Part shown: positions 1 to 12,239 of the stretch, piece after piece
How the letters are laid out: each line of letters begins with the position of its first letter
How positions within the stretch are numbered: position 1 is the stretch's first letter
NCBI GenBank assembly: GCA_964016885.1
Contig: OZ024745.1
Location: 38,378,001 to 38,442,000 of the forward strand
DNA: 64,000 bases
From: Eledone cirrhosa
Taxonomy: Eukaryota
Reading direction: 5' to 3'
The notes under the pieces: generated by a model
Told to the model about the DNA's origin: nothing
What the model saw: only the letters and a program-made list of their open reading frames with translations
Databases searched by the model: none
Position numbers and translations under genes: made by a program

Positions 1-52
1 TGAGTACTCTGGTGCGTTATGATCCATCTGCTTCCTTACCACAATTCCTTTG

Positions 53-88
<36 letters not shown>

Positions 89-303
89 AACTATTGTCAT
101 CTTGCCTGACGGTTTGAACTTTACAACACCACCTGCCTCTTTGAGGTCAAATACCAACCCTACTAGCATCTACAAACTGACCAATGAGAATTAAAACTAT
201 TCCTGCTGACAACATTAAAATATTCCTAACAAGCTCATATGTCCCAAGGCTCTGATACCATCAAGACCATAAACACAGAGCCGGGATATCTAAGAACTGA
301 CTA

Positions 304-359
304 ACTGCTTGATGAGGTCATAGCCATTCAATGGCTATCATCGAAATATATATAGCAGT
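304..359 (+). ncRNA. Degenerate minimal hammerhead (PLE 3' end remnant)
   Basis: actgc-tTGATGA-[atagccat tca atggctat hairpin]-GAAA-tatata-TA-gcagt, followed by AATAAA. The C3 position reads T. Confidence 0.6.
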
Positions 360-400
360 AAATAAAGGATTATGAGTTCATGAAATTGACTTATGCATCG

Positions 401-429
<29 letters not shown>

Positions 430-431
<2 letters not shown>

Positions 432-614
432 TTAATGAAAAATGAACAACAAAATATATAACTACTCCATTACCAAAAGGTTTCAGGACACTAGACAATA
501 TTAATATACGTCTAGGTCGTTCATCATCTATCTGATGAACGACCTAGACGTGTGTTAATATTGAAACCTTTGGTAATGGAGTAGTTATATATTGTGTTCA
601 CTTTCTAATTAAAT
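430..614. repeat. Palindrome built from a hammerhead-bearing PLE end
   Basis: Arms ~430-526 and 533-614 with a 6-nt spacer. Plus strand: tctat-CTGATGA...GAAACctttgGTA-atgga. The minus arm keeps the full stem II (ctagac/gtctag). Confidence 0.8.
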
Positions 615-715
615 AGCTCTGTTTAATATATACAACATTTATTTTCCTTTGCTTTTTCTCCGGAAATACTTAACACACACACACCCACACACCCACACAC
701 ACATCCACATACACG

Positions 716-764
<49 letters not shown>

Positions 765-767
<3 letters not shown>

Positions 768-1874
768 CCCGCTACCCACAACAAAGAATGCAACTGTCAT
801 CTACCTGAAAGATGTCCATTGAAGAATGAATGCCTAAAGTCCAACATTGTTTACCAATGCACAGTTGAATCGAACGACCAGAAATGGTATTATATCGGAT
901 CTACAACCACATCGTTTAAATCTCGCTGGTACCGTCATCCATTCTCAATCAAACATCCGAATCACCGTTTTGTGACCACGATCGCCAACAAGACCTGGCA
1001 ACTCCGTGAACACAACCAACAGTTCACCTTAAAATGGGATATACTTTCCAGCGCAAGTGCATATCGGAGTGGATTGAAGTACTGCAGGTTATGTAACCTT
1101 GAGCTCTTTTACATATTAAAATCCAAAAACAAACTACTTAACGATAGAATTGAACGATCATTATACTGCAACCACAAACTAAAAGCTAAATTCTCTCACT
1201 GTAGAATAACTTAACATTCGAACCCGTAACTATAACACCGCTTTCTAGCTAACAACCTTCTCTTCCCCCCACACTACAAGACAATACACTGCTTATCACT
1301 ATACATGGTAACTCAGTGCAATTCCTAGATTACTACTACAAACCCAAAGTTCACTCACCACACAAACTTCGTCTGTCCCCTCTCTACCTATCTCTCTCTA
1401 CATCCATTACACTCTCTCTCTCTCGCCTTTGGCCTACCTCCCTCTCAACATCTATGAACCTGCCCTCTGTGGCAATAAATAATTCCGACCTTAACTATCA
1501 ACGCATCTCTCCAAAAGTAACCAGTATAATAAAACCCCTACCATAACATTTTGATTAAGATATCTACAAGCCACTCTCTCCTACTTCTCCAACCCCTGCA
1601 TATCTTTCTTTCTCTCTCCCTCTTCCCTACTTTTCTCTCTTCCTTTTCTACTCTATCTTCCCCAACAACCCCACTTAAGGGTATTTACATTGTACATTTT
1701 ACCATTCTGCTCTGAGGAAACAGTGGTCACAGCATTGGATATTTGAGTTCTGCAAGTACTTGTGAATTTGCACGTAGCATAACTAGGCTGTAGTACCACC
1801 GTGGAAACACTTGTAAGCACACGGAATAAATTACCTTTTTATGATGTCTACCTGTTATTATTCATTCTTTATAT
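765..1874 (+). repeat. Upstream pseudo-LTR of the PLE (includes GIY-YIG ORF 819-1214)
   Basis: Direct repeat of 3941-4855 with few substitutions; carries an extra ~190 nt (about 1425-1615). Confidence 0.92.
1708..1819 (+). ncRNA. Type I hammerhead ribozyme in PLE pLTR (copy 1)
   Basis: Stem I tgct/agca; CTGAGGA 1712-1718; long stem II gtggt-acagc...gctgt-accac; GAAAC 1804; minimal stem III; GTA cleavage triplet ending at 1815. Confidence 0.8.
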
Positions 1875-2064
1875 ACACTCCGGAATACTGAAGGATCAGG
1901 AACTAAGTTTCTTCAACAATTCTTCCATAACTCGTAGAGTAACCTCTTACCGTACGTCAACCATATCCAGTGTAGTAATTAACCATTACTACATCTTGGA
2001 TAATCCTATACCTAATAATCGCCCCCAACACAGTTGAGCAACCACACCGACACACGGCATTAAT

Positions 2065-4390
2065 ATGGAAAGGCATCATATAGGTATGTCACTTAAAAAC
2101 ATACCTATACCTAACAAAAGGGAATATATTCTTAGTATGGTTCAACGCAATAACGACTTCATTCGGCGTGTACGATGGGAAAGCTTTCCATTTCGATAAA
2201 GGACGCGCCAATCACTCGTCTGAATCATATGGTTTTAAATCATGTAAAAACCCACCTACAAACCCTCATCTCGATGCTTTCGAACAAGATTTAATGAAAA
2301 CGACCATGAACATTAAGTTCAACAAACATAGAAATAATGAGCTGCAGAACAACATGAAAGCACTACTCCGAAGATTGCAAAATATCAATGGAAGTGTTGT
2401 GAAAGCTGACAAGACTTCTAACGTGTATACCATGGATATCGATACGTACAATATCTTCATACGCAACGAACTACACAAAAAATATAGAATAAGAAATGAA
2501 ACTACGCTAGCAAATATTAACAACGAGGCATATAAAGTGGTGAAGAACCTCAAAATAGACGATAGAACCGAGCCGATTATACCCGCTACCCCCACCTTCA
2601 ACCTGAAGGACCATAAGGTAAATTTTGACTCTAACCCTAAGATCAGACTTATATGCCCTTCTAAATCAGATATAGGGAAAATTAGCAAACATACTTAACA
2701 GAGTAATAACTCAAGTGAAAAAGAAAATTGAAATTAAATTATGGGGCAACACTAGCGAAGCAATTCGCTGGTTTAATAATGTTAAGAATAAGAATAAATC
2801 TAAGTTTATACAATTTGACATAGACGAATACTACTCTTCCATCTCATCAAGCACTTTACGTAAGGCCCTATCGTTTGCCAAGGCCAATTCCGACCTAACA
2901 GAGGACGAAATTAATATTATTCTCGAGGCTAGAAAAACCATTATTAAGTTCGATAACTGCTACTGGGAACGTAAGTACAGACCCACAAATTTCGATATTA
3001 CCATGGGTTCCAACGACTCGGCGGAGGTCACAGATCTCGTGGGAATTTACATAGCCCACCTATTACATAGTAAATTTAGTAATCTACAGGGGGGATATAC
3101 AGAGATGACGGGCTCTTATTAGTTAATAACTTGAATAACCAAAATCTTGAAAGGCTACGGAAAAATATTAGAAACTCTTTTAGTGAACTGGGTCTAAAAA
3201 TAACATACGAATACAATCTTAAAGTAGTAAACTTTCTGGACGTAACTCTTAATTTAAATACCGGACAGAAACGACCCTTCCACAAGGTAAATGAGAACCT
3301 TACGTATATTAACTTTAACTCTAACCACCCACTCTCCATGATCAAATCAGTTCCCCGGAGTATTTCTCTTAGAATCTCTCGCCTATCGTCTAACTCTGAT
3401 ATTTTTAGTGAACACGCTGAATACTACAATAATGCATTAAGGAATGCTGACCACCGGGATCCAATAGAATACATTGATAGGAATTTCCATAACACACATA
3501 GCTCTACACGAAATCAAGGAATGCGTAACCGGGGGACTAAAATACAAGCACACACACACAGTACTACCAGACATACTAATAATAGAAGATCACCACCAAA
3601 TAAATCACGTTGTAGAAAGTATATCTGGTACAATCCTATTTTTAATGCCTCGATTAGTTCAAAACTATCTCTTTCATTCTTTAAGTTAATCAACAAACAC
3701 TTCCCTAGTTGCCATAAATACAGCAAAATTCTGAACTCTAAAACTATTAGACTATCATACTCCACGGCACCAAACCTTGAAGCATACATAAAAAAACTTA
3801 ACTTAAGGCAATTAAACAAATCTACAAAACAAAACATTTTAGTAACAGATGGGCAGAACGCAATATCTGCCTTCCAACCACTAAATGGGAGACGGGTATT
3901 ACACAACCCACCTGTACCGCTATCACAACCTATCCATGGTATACCCGCTACCCACAAAAAAGAATGTAACTGCCATCTACCTGAAAGATGTCCATTGAAG
4001 AATGAATGCCTAAAGTCCAACATTGTTTACCAATGCAGGGTTGAATCGAACGACCAGAAATGGTATTATATCGGATCTACAACCACATCGTTTAAATCTC
4101 GCTGGTACCGTCATCCATTCTCAATCAAACATCCGAATCACCGTTTTGTGACCACGATCGCCAACAAGACCTGGCAACTCCGTGAACACAACCAACAGTT
4201 CACCTTAAAATGGGATATACTTTCCAGCGCAAGTGCATATCGGAGTGGATTGAAGTACTGCAGGTTATGTAACCTTGAGCTCTTTTACATATTAAAATCC
4301 AAAAACAAACTACTTAACGATAGAATTGAACGATCATTATACTGCAACCACAAACTAAAAGCTAAATTATCTCACTATAAAATAAATTAA
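2065..4390 (+). pseudogene. PLE RT-GIY-YIG polyprotein with 3 frameshifts
   Basis: ATG at 2065 reads MERHHIGMSLKNIPIP...FIRRVRW. Frameshifts near 2178, 2695 and 3095 join ORFs 2168-2698, 2715-3122 and 3131-4390. Motifs: KADK, FDIDEYYSSI, ITMGS, YRDDGL (~3100), VNFLDV, SNHP, then CNC-x5-CPL-x3-C, IVY..YIG, CRLC. Confidence 0.92.
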
Positions 4391-4851
4391 CATTCGAACC
4401 CGTAACTATAACACCGCTTTCTAGCTAACAACCTTCTCTTCCCCCCACACTACAAGACAATACACTGCTTATCACTATACATGGTAACTCAGTGCAATTC
4501 CTAGATTACTACTACAAACCCAAAGTTCACTCACCACACACACTTCGTCTGTCCCCTCTCTACCTATCTCTCTCTACATCCATTACACACTCTCTCTCTC
4601 CCTCTTCCTTACTTTTCTCTCTTCCTTTTCTACTCTATCTTCCCCAACAACCCCACTTAAGGGTATTTACATTGTACATTTTACCATTCTGCTCTGAGGA
4701 AACAGTGGTCACAGCATTGGATATTTGAGTTCTGCAAGTACTTGTGAATTTGCACGTAGCATAACTAGGCTGCAGTACCACCACGGAAACACTTGTAAGC
4801 CCACGGAATAAATTACCTTTTTATGATGTCTACCTGTTATTATTCATTCTT

Positions 4852-4855
<4 letters not shown>
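3941..4855 (+). repeat. Downstream pseudo-LTR of the PLE
   Basis: Direct repeat of 765-1874; contains AATAAA near its end and finishes in (TA)n. Confidence 0.92.
4690..4801 (+). ncRNA. Type I hammerhead ribozyme in PLE pLTR (copy 2)
   Basis: CTGAGGA 4694-4700, GAAAC 4786, GTA 4795-4797; one stem I mismatch (agcc). Confidence 0.75.
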
Positions 4856-4914
<59 letters not shown>

Positions 4915-4919
<5 letters not shown>

Positions 4920-4999
4920 CAAATGAATGAATGAAGGTGTTTCATGCCGTTAAAAGAACTTCTTTATATAGTAACTCCTTCATTCATTCATTTGCTTAT
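4915..4999. repeat. Short inverted repeat (23-bp arms)
   Basis: ataagcaaatgaatgaatgaagg ... ccttcattcattcatttgcttat, directly after (TA)n. Confidence 0.8.
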
Positions 5000-5351
5000 T
5001 CCCGCTCTGTTTAAACTATACGCTAAATATTAACTTTCTGTAATAATTAACTCTGCTAACCCAAGCATTGAGCACACTACGCTACGGCTATTGGCATTTA
5101 GTAATCTGTATCGCACCTCTCTGTACCTCTCTGCCTCCGCTTCTCTTACGATACTTATACACTATTATCGTATTTTCAATCTCTGTCTCTCTCTGTCTCT
5201 CTATGTCTCTCTCTCTCTATATATATATATATAATATATATATATATACATATATATATATAGTAATAATAATAAATCCGAAGAGGGCTAGATAAGGATA
5301 AATATATATCAAATATATAAGATAAGAACCTTAGAGCATATATTTATTAAA

Positions 5352-5408
5352 ATAACAGATTAAAATTTAATCAAAGAATCGTTGCTTTCACCCTTAAACT
5401 TTAATCTG

Positions 5409-5412
<4 letters not shown>
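5352..5412. repeat. Short inverted repeat; related sequence at ~20891-20950
   Basis: ataacagattaaaatttaa ... ttaaactttaatctgttat; the aaagaatcg...cccttaa core recurs near 20915. Confidence 0.65.
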
Positions 5413-5476
<64 letters not shown>

Positions 5477-6171
5477 GTATATATATATGAATGAATATAT
5501 AGTGTATTTTGCAATACACTGTATGCTTAATGAAAAGCATTTCGAAGACCTTATCCTATTGTTTTAGAGTAGTGATAGTCTCACTTACTTTAATTTTCAG
5601 CAAACAGGGGCGATAAAGCCGACAGAACAGAGCCATGTTTCGCATTTGTTTATGCTTATCAAGGCTAACTACTCCCCCTGTTTGCCGAATTCTTCATAAG
5701 AATAAGGAGACAAGTTGAAAATATATCATACATAGCATTTCACTGCTAGATCTTATGGCGGGCAAAGTGTTGTATTGTTGTATTGACATATATATATACT
5801 CCAAAGAAAGTGACAAGCTGAATATATATTATATAATACATGCCGTTTGTAGACCAGATGGTGAAGCAACACTGAATTACTGTATGAATATTATCTACTT
5901 AATATGTTAGGCCAATGCGACAGTTTTATATCGACGCTAGAAAAAGCTGCAAAAAACCGTCTAAATCCACTCAAACAATGATGGAGCGGTTAATATTTAT
6001 TGATATCTCTATAAAGTTAGCTGCCTCTAATACGTATACATCTCAATGAAAGGAAAATGTAAATTAATCAATTACTAGACTAATTATCCACCCAGATAAG
6101 TATTAAAATATATTAAACATAAGACAGAATATCTCATTTCTTTTGTTGGTTGGGTAGATACAATTCAATTG

Positions 6172-6201
<30 letters not shown>

Positions 6202-6203
<2 letters not shown>

Positions 6204-6497
6204 CAATATTAAATAAATGGAAAACTATATTTATAAAACCATATTTATTTCATTATATATATTTCGGGGATATCATATTAACAATATGCTATGCCTTCAT
6301 CAGACAAAATACAATATAAACAGTTTAATGAAGTTGATGTTTATTACGGTATGTTGAATATATTTATCTATAAAACTGTTTATATTGTATTTTGTCTGAT
6401 GAAGGCATAGCATATTGTTAATATGATATCCCCGAAATATATATAATGAAATAAATATGGTTTTATAAATATAGTTTTCCATTTATTTAATATTGTA
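6202..6497. repeat. Inverted repeat (~125-bp arms) with a hammerhead on each strand
   Basis: Arms 6202-6326 and 6373-6497 are reverse complements. Plus-strand HHR: attttgt-CTGATGA(6396)-stem II-GAAA(6434)-tatataTA-atgaaat. Confidence 0.88.
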
Positions 6498-6577
6498 AAT
6501 ATACTCCAAATATTTGTCGAGTGCTTTTATATCAGTTATAAATATTTACTAGTTGTAACCCAACAATTTTAAATATA

Positions 6578-6621
<44 letters not shown>

Positions 6622-7553
6622 TCTTTATGCGTATTGCATTGTTATAGATTTTGTATGAATGAATTATCTTTTGTCTAGACGAAAATGAAATAGACGATGT
6701 CGATTTAAATATTTTATGGAGAAATTTTTTTTGTCAACTTATATATATATATATTTATTTTCTGCAAAGTTCTGCCAACTGATAATCTGTAAAAACGTGC
6801 AACATAACTGATTAAAAATTTGAATATTTGAAGGTTATCTGTCGTCAGGTAGGGACAAATTGGTTGCAATACAATTAGAACCAGACAGTAATGAATTTGA
6901 GAATATTTAACGGGAAGTTATTTAATCCAAAGCGCTAACAACACTGCCAATTCTCTGTCAGTATACCTACTTCGATTGTTGTTCCGACTCACAGGGTTTA
7001 AGTTCAAATCTTGCCTACTACGTTCAATATTTCTTGGCTATTATACAGAGTACCCGCCAAGGAGAGTTGACAGAGATGAGGTTTTATGGTATATCATTCA
7101 GCCCTATAGGGCCAAATTTTAAATCAGATATCAATCTGAGAATGGCAGGGGAAATATTTGAGCAAAGGAAAACCAACCGAATCATTGTTTCCCTGGTTGG
7201 AAAATGATGATCGGCTATATTCGAATTTCTTCTTTAAGCGGCGGAAAAATAAGAAGAAAAGTGTATACTGGGAATAGAGTAATATATCCGTATATTGATT
7301 TGTTGGATTTGTTATTCCACTTCTATCACCTTTATAGAGATATACATGTGTTCGTTAAGATACAAGTGCATCTGTGAACCCTCAAAAAGAAACAAAAATA
7401 GATTACAATATATATATATATTTATATATATATATATATATATATATGCATACACAGTCACAAAAATATATGTATGTAAATAAATATATAATCATTAAGC
7501 ATTAAAATATTCATGTAAAATGATATAGTTGTTTGCACTCCTGAAATCTGTAC

Positions 7554-7608
<55 letters not shown>

Positions 7609-7649
7609 TAATATAATGTTTGACAGCCTGTTCATTCAATATGTATAAG

Positions 7650-8600
7650 CTACTGGATATGGATGTATATACTATTCAATAACCCTTGAGTAGATATACG
7701 AATTATTGCAGAGTATAATAAAGAACACATTCGATATTTAAATATTTCAAGTAACAAATTTATTTCAAGATAAATCTTTGCTATTTTTCTTGTGACTTTG
7801 CGAATTTCAATTTTATTTGTGTATATGGCTTTCTCTATAGGTGTAACATAAATAAATCTCTTCATCTTATATGTCTTGTATCACGATGTATCTGTACTAA
7901 TTATCTTATCTTTTAATGTATCATGTACGCCAGGTTTTACGAAACGTTTTAGAGAATGTTCATAAACTCAAGGGACCTCACCCACATTGCATTACCGACA
8001 AATAATTTACACTGGAAATTAGTTTAATAATTGTATGAATATATTGAATAATTTATTAAATAAATACGTGATATTATTACTGGTAAGTAGTACACTACGC
8101 ATTGCTGTTCCATTAAATTCCTCCACCATCCTTTCTTTTAAATACGTTTTTCTACCACCTTTCATTTCGGGGAATCTATCATCTTCTGCAGTTGATTTCT
8201 TATCGCTAGTTACCTTACATGATTATCCGATAGTTGCATCATTATAAAATGCATCAATCATGAATCTAAGTTATCCTTGTTAATGGAATTATTTGTATGG
8301 AAAGTGAATTCGTCTCAATTTGCCAAGTCTCAAATGTAGCTGCATATTTTGGTGAGAGACGTCAATTATCATTTGTATAACAGCTCTTTTTCATTGAAAG
8401 AGAATAAAGCTTCGATGTCATTGTTCTTGCCACACATGCTGATAAGGAAGATTTATTGTTGACAATATCGAATTTTGTTAATGGGAAATACATATTTTCG
8501 ACTGTTAATGTCCAACCAAGCAACCACCAGGTAGATGCGATGAAACAGCGATTCTTATATGATTTGAGTTATATTTATCGGCAGAAATACATTCTGAGAG
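7650..8600 (-). mobile_element. Heavily decayed PLE RT remnant
   Basis: Minus-strand translation gives ...DRFPE...FNGTAM, resembling the PLE GTAMG motif; many stops. Confidence 0.4.
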
Positions 8601-9309
8601 TGAAGACGACTGCCATTCTGCATGTGTTATGTGGCGAGAATAATATAGAATACGATGTAAATAGCACTAATCAAACATCAATATATTTTATTTAATTAGT
8701 GTGCAGGAGATTTTAATAATAGATCTAGTAATGTTAATTTTTGTAATGTCCTTTGCACCCCTCTGGTCATTTTATCTTTAGTATAACTCTACGCCTCTCC
8801 AAAATCCCTCATGTCTGTACCCCTCGTCATCCATACTATATTCAACTCTCCATAATCTACATTATTCATTACGCATAAGCATTCTCACCTAACAGTTCAT
8901 CCACATAAACATTCTCCCTACACATGATTTTTCCGAAATTGTAGTCCTGCATCAATTTAAACAAAACCTCAACGGCATTAAGTTTTTCTCATTGGAAGGG
9001 CAATGAAGGACATAAGTACTGTCACTTCCTCCTGTACTACGCAGTAACATGTCAACTAAATTGAATATCGCGATGAGGCTTTAAAGTGGTTTATAAACAT
9101 GGAATGTTGCCGTAACATGAGAAGTGCAGGTGTGTAATCTAGTAATGCGATGTTCCATCCTTGTAACATTAAGATATTTCACGAAGTGTTCTTCACTAAG
9201 ATGTTCCTAACATAAGGAGAACGCCGTGTATTTGCGATCAAATTTTCATTATAATGGCTTCAATATGTTCATAAATATAAACAGTAAGGAAAAGTTGTTG
9301 CATGCAAAT

Positions 9310-9432
9310 AAATACGGTCTGAGTTCAAATCCTGCCGAGGTTTACTTTGTCTTTCATGAGGTCGATAAAATAAAGTACCAGTAATGCACTGGCTATTTGC
9401 TGGCCTTGTGCCTAAAGTAGAAACAATTATTG
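9310..9432 (+). mobile_element. tRNA-derived SINE (partial)
   Basis: B box gagttcaaatc, core ctttcat..gtcgataaaataaagtaccag, tail ggccttgtgcctaaagtagaaacaattatt. Confidence 0.85.
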
Positions 9433-9479
9433 TTGCATGCAAATTTCTTCGAATACTTGCCAAGTATCACTCTAACACC

Positions 9480-11550
9480 AGAGGTAACCTTTAGTACAAT
9501 CAATGTTTATGCAAATGATGCAATAAGAGCATAAACCTCAATAAAATACTTTGCAAGGTATTTAAATTGATAATGCTCTTCAAAGGACATCAAAAGTCCC
9601 TGTCAGTACTAACTTTTGTATCTCAATGATCTTTAAAAGAAAAGCTCTTGCCCTGAAACACTCCGCCATTCTCTATTGGAGCGAGGAGTATATATTTTAC
9701 GCCCATTACCTCGGAAGAAGGAAGGTGGGGATGAATATTTCCAGAATCCAACTAGAAGTACTTTCTTAGAGGAATGCAACACCATCCTGGGTGTGAAACG
9801 AAGCTGAAGAGATAACTGTTCTGAAATCTGTTGGGTTGGACTGCTTTACATCAAATCAGACAACATTCATAAGATTCCAGACTTACTTAGCCTGCCAGAA
9901 GGAGTGGACTTACATGTTTGAGATGAAGGCAGGCGACTTTGTTGTCATGTGCAACAACAATAGCAACAGCAAAAACATCAGCGGCACCAGAGTGGGCAGA
10001 AACATCTAACTTCAACAGCAAAACCAAAACCTGCAGCGGCAGTACAAACACTAACAAAAACAACATCAACTACAGAACTAACAATATAAACAACACGTAC
10101 AACCGAATTCCCACCATTACCGACAACAAAAAACTCAACGACAACCACCCTGGGGACCACATCATATAAGCTCTAATTACCCTTTCTCTCCACCCACTCT
10201 AACACTCTAAACACACACATACACACATAAAGCTACAAACATACCTGCAGGTCTTCTTCTGCCAGTGAAAGAAAAGGAGTAACAAACCCAAAAAGCTTTT
10301 AAAAAGAGACAGCCTTCCAAGAAATCACACAATACACCCTGTCAGACATCACCTCCGATTCCAGAAAGCACAAAACTCTTAAACACCTGAAACAACACCG
10401 CATCCACGACTACCCCAATTCACAACAGTACCTTAACCGATCTTACAAAAACCACAACCAGAAACAAGAAAACATATGAAACCGCAAAATCAACAGCAAA
10501 CAATACCACATACAGAAAACATCATGCACGTTAGAAGGGCCAACTAAGACGTGATGGCCCTCATAGAAAAGCAAAGGGATTGAGAAAGTATGGGCGATTG
10601 TTGTACCAACACATTCAAGATGTAATAAACTCTAATGTTGGTACGAATATAACCAGGAGCCAACAGAGGCATTAGGGTAAGCTACGTGTATGACATGGTA
10701 AACAATAATTTAAGACCAGCTAGTAGAATGTTAAAGGGGGTTCCAAATGAAACCCCAGAAATATGGATGTCTAATCAACTGATCTTCAACAGCACCCGGA
10801 AGGTAGGTAGCACCCTTTTTTGGCTAACGATACGACACGGCTATATTAAGAGTGGGATTCATAACTCTTCCCGGCCTGGTGTCGTCCCGGACGTAGCTAT
10901 GGATTTGACTGCCGTCAGTGAGACGGAGATTTCCATCCCGCCCGAACTAGGTTCCATTTTTGAAACCTATGAGATATGTGATCTCTTAGTCGTGCAGAAA
11001 TGGTAGCTCGGGTAGCAGTGCTGTTTAGAAAAAGCCTAGATATCGAGGTATGGATGATCTTCCATGATTCATAGGGTAAGTTGGAGGTCCCGGATGGGAA
11101 TAATAGAGAAAGTGGTGACTTTAAACGGATGGCCGACTACGCCCGAAACGGGTCTGGACGGTAGGTTTACTTCAGATCTGGGAAGCCTTTCTACTAACAT
11201 TTTATACTCCACAGTTCCCCAGTACTTTGCAAGACTGTTCAGGAAACTTGCGGTGTTGAAGGCCGTGGTGAACTTCAATTCCTATCTCGACAGACTGCCG
11301 CGACCTTCGCCGACTGTTCAGGAGTGCTGCGAGATGTTAACAGTAGCCGAGTGTAGAGTGGTTTAGGATTGTTGGGGATCGTACGTCACTCCTGGTCGGC
11401 ATTCACCCAACTTGGGAATTTCTTTTGTTTTGTATTTTGTTTATATTTATTTGTTATTTTTTCTTATTCAATTGTCTGTACCCCACTCCCCATTTGCCAT
11501 GTACTTTGTACTGTCCTACATGTCTTGGACGTTGTGATCATTAAATAAAT
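9480..11550 (+). mobile_element. Internally deleted, decayed Tx1-family LINE derivative
   Basis: ORF1 remnant (HYLGRRKV; KIPDLLSLPEG..EGRR), APE remnant (TAVSETEIS; VAVLFRKSLDI), linker remnant (YFARLF..YLDRLPRPS..ECCE), then the 3'UTR motif ttgggaattt...tgtactgtcct. All match the element at 54.7-60.6 kb. No RT. Confidence 0.75.
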
Positions 11551-11569
11551 TACAAATAGCTATGCTGCT

Positions 11570-11580
11570 GCAACTACTCT

Positions 11581-11612
<32 letters not shown>

Positions 11613-11654
11613 TTGATGCTGCTGCTACAACAACAGCAACTACTCCTACTGCTG

Positions 11655-11693
<39 letters not shown>

Positions 11694-11760
11694 GTAGTAG
11701 TAGTAGTAGTAGTAGTAATCGTCGTAGCTGCAGCAGCTGTATTAGTAGTATTTGTAATAG
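11570..11760. repeat. (CTA)n/(TAG)n microsatellite with internal strand switch
   Basis: ctactactactagtagtagtag at ~11690. Confidence 0.9.
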
Positions 11761-12239
11761 TATTTCTGCTGTTCAGTTCTGAACGATGTGCATTGTGCAT
11801 TACCTAGTCACTATGAATGATGATTGTAAAGAACTTACTTTCAAATGGGAAGAGGCTAGGTTAAAATTCTTGCAATATAATAGAATCCGCTAAAGACAGT
11901 CAACAGCTAGACGGCAGCGTTAATGTGAGCAATGGATTTCATATTACCTATATAGTCAACTGCAACACACAACTCAAATTCCTGGAAGAAATACTGCAAG
12001 ACATTGCAACTAACGTTCCATAAATTGCTTTATATATTAAAGTTGATATTGGTATTGTAAACGACTGAAATAAATGCTGCCAGGCATCTTGTCATAGGAT
12101 CGAATGACTCCGTTCATTCCACTAATATATTTATTTAGAAATATATTTAAGATTACATTTCATGTATTTACCTCAGTATTTACCTCAAATAAACAGTCGG
12201 TTTCAATAGTCTTCAAATTCTTTGATCAACTACTTCTTC

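Larger units (their letters stand above)
765..4855 (+). mobile_element. Penelope-like retroelement (likely Naiad clade) with tandem pseudo-LTRs
   Basis: RT followed by a C-terminal GIY-YIG endonuclease. Segment 765-1874 is a near-identical direct repeat of 3941-4855, the partial-tandem layout typical of PLEs. Both ends abut (TA)n. Confidence 0.93.

Noticed and set aside
2065-4390. Selenoprotein-type Naiad
   Set aside because: Conserved Cys positions use TGT/TGC; the interruptions are indel frameshifts, not in-frame TGA at Cys sites.
5600-5686. gcaaacagggg/cccctgtttgc hairpin as a possible pre-miRNA
   Set aside because: Only ~11 bp of perfect pairing with a large unpaired interior.
11516-11807. 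Poly-Leu/Val 'transmembrane' and poly-Ser ORFs
   Set aside because: Artefacts of CTA/TAG trinucleotide repeats.
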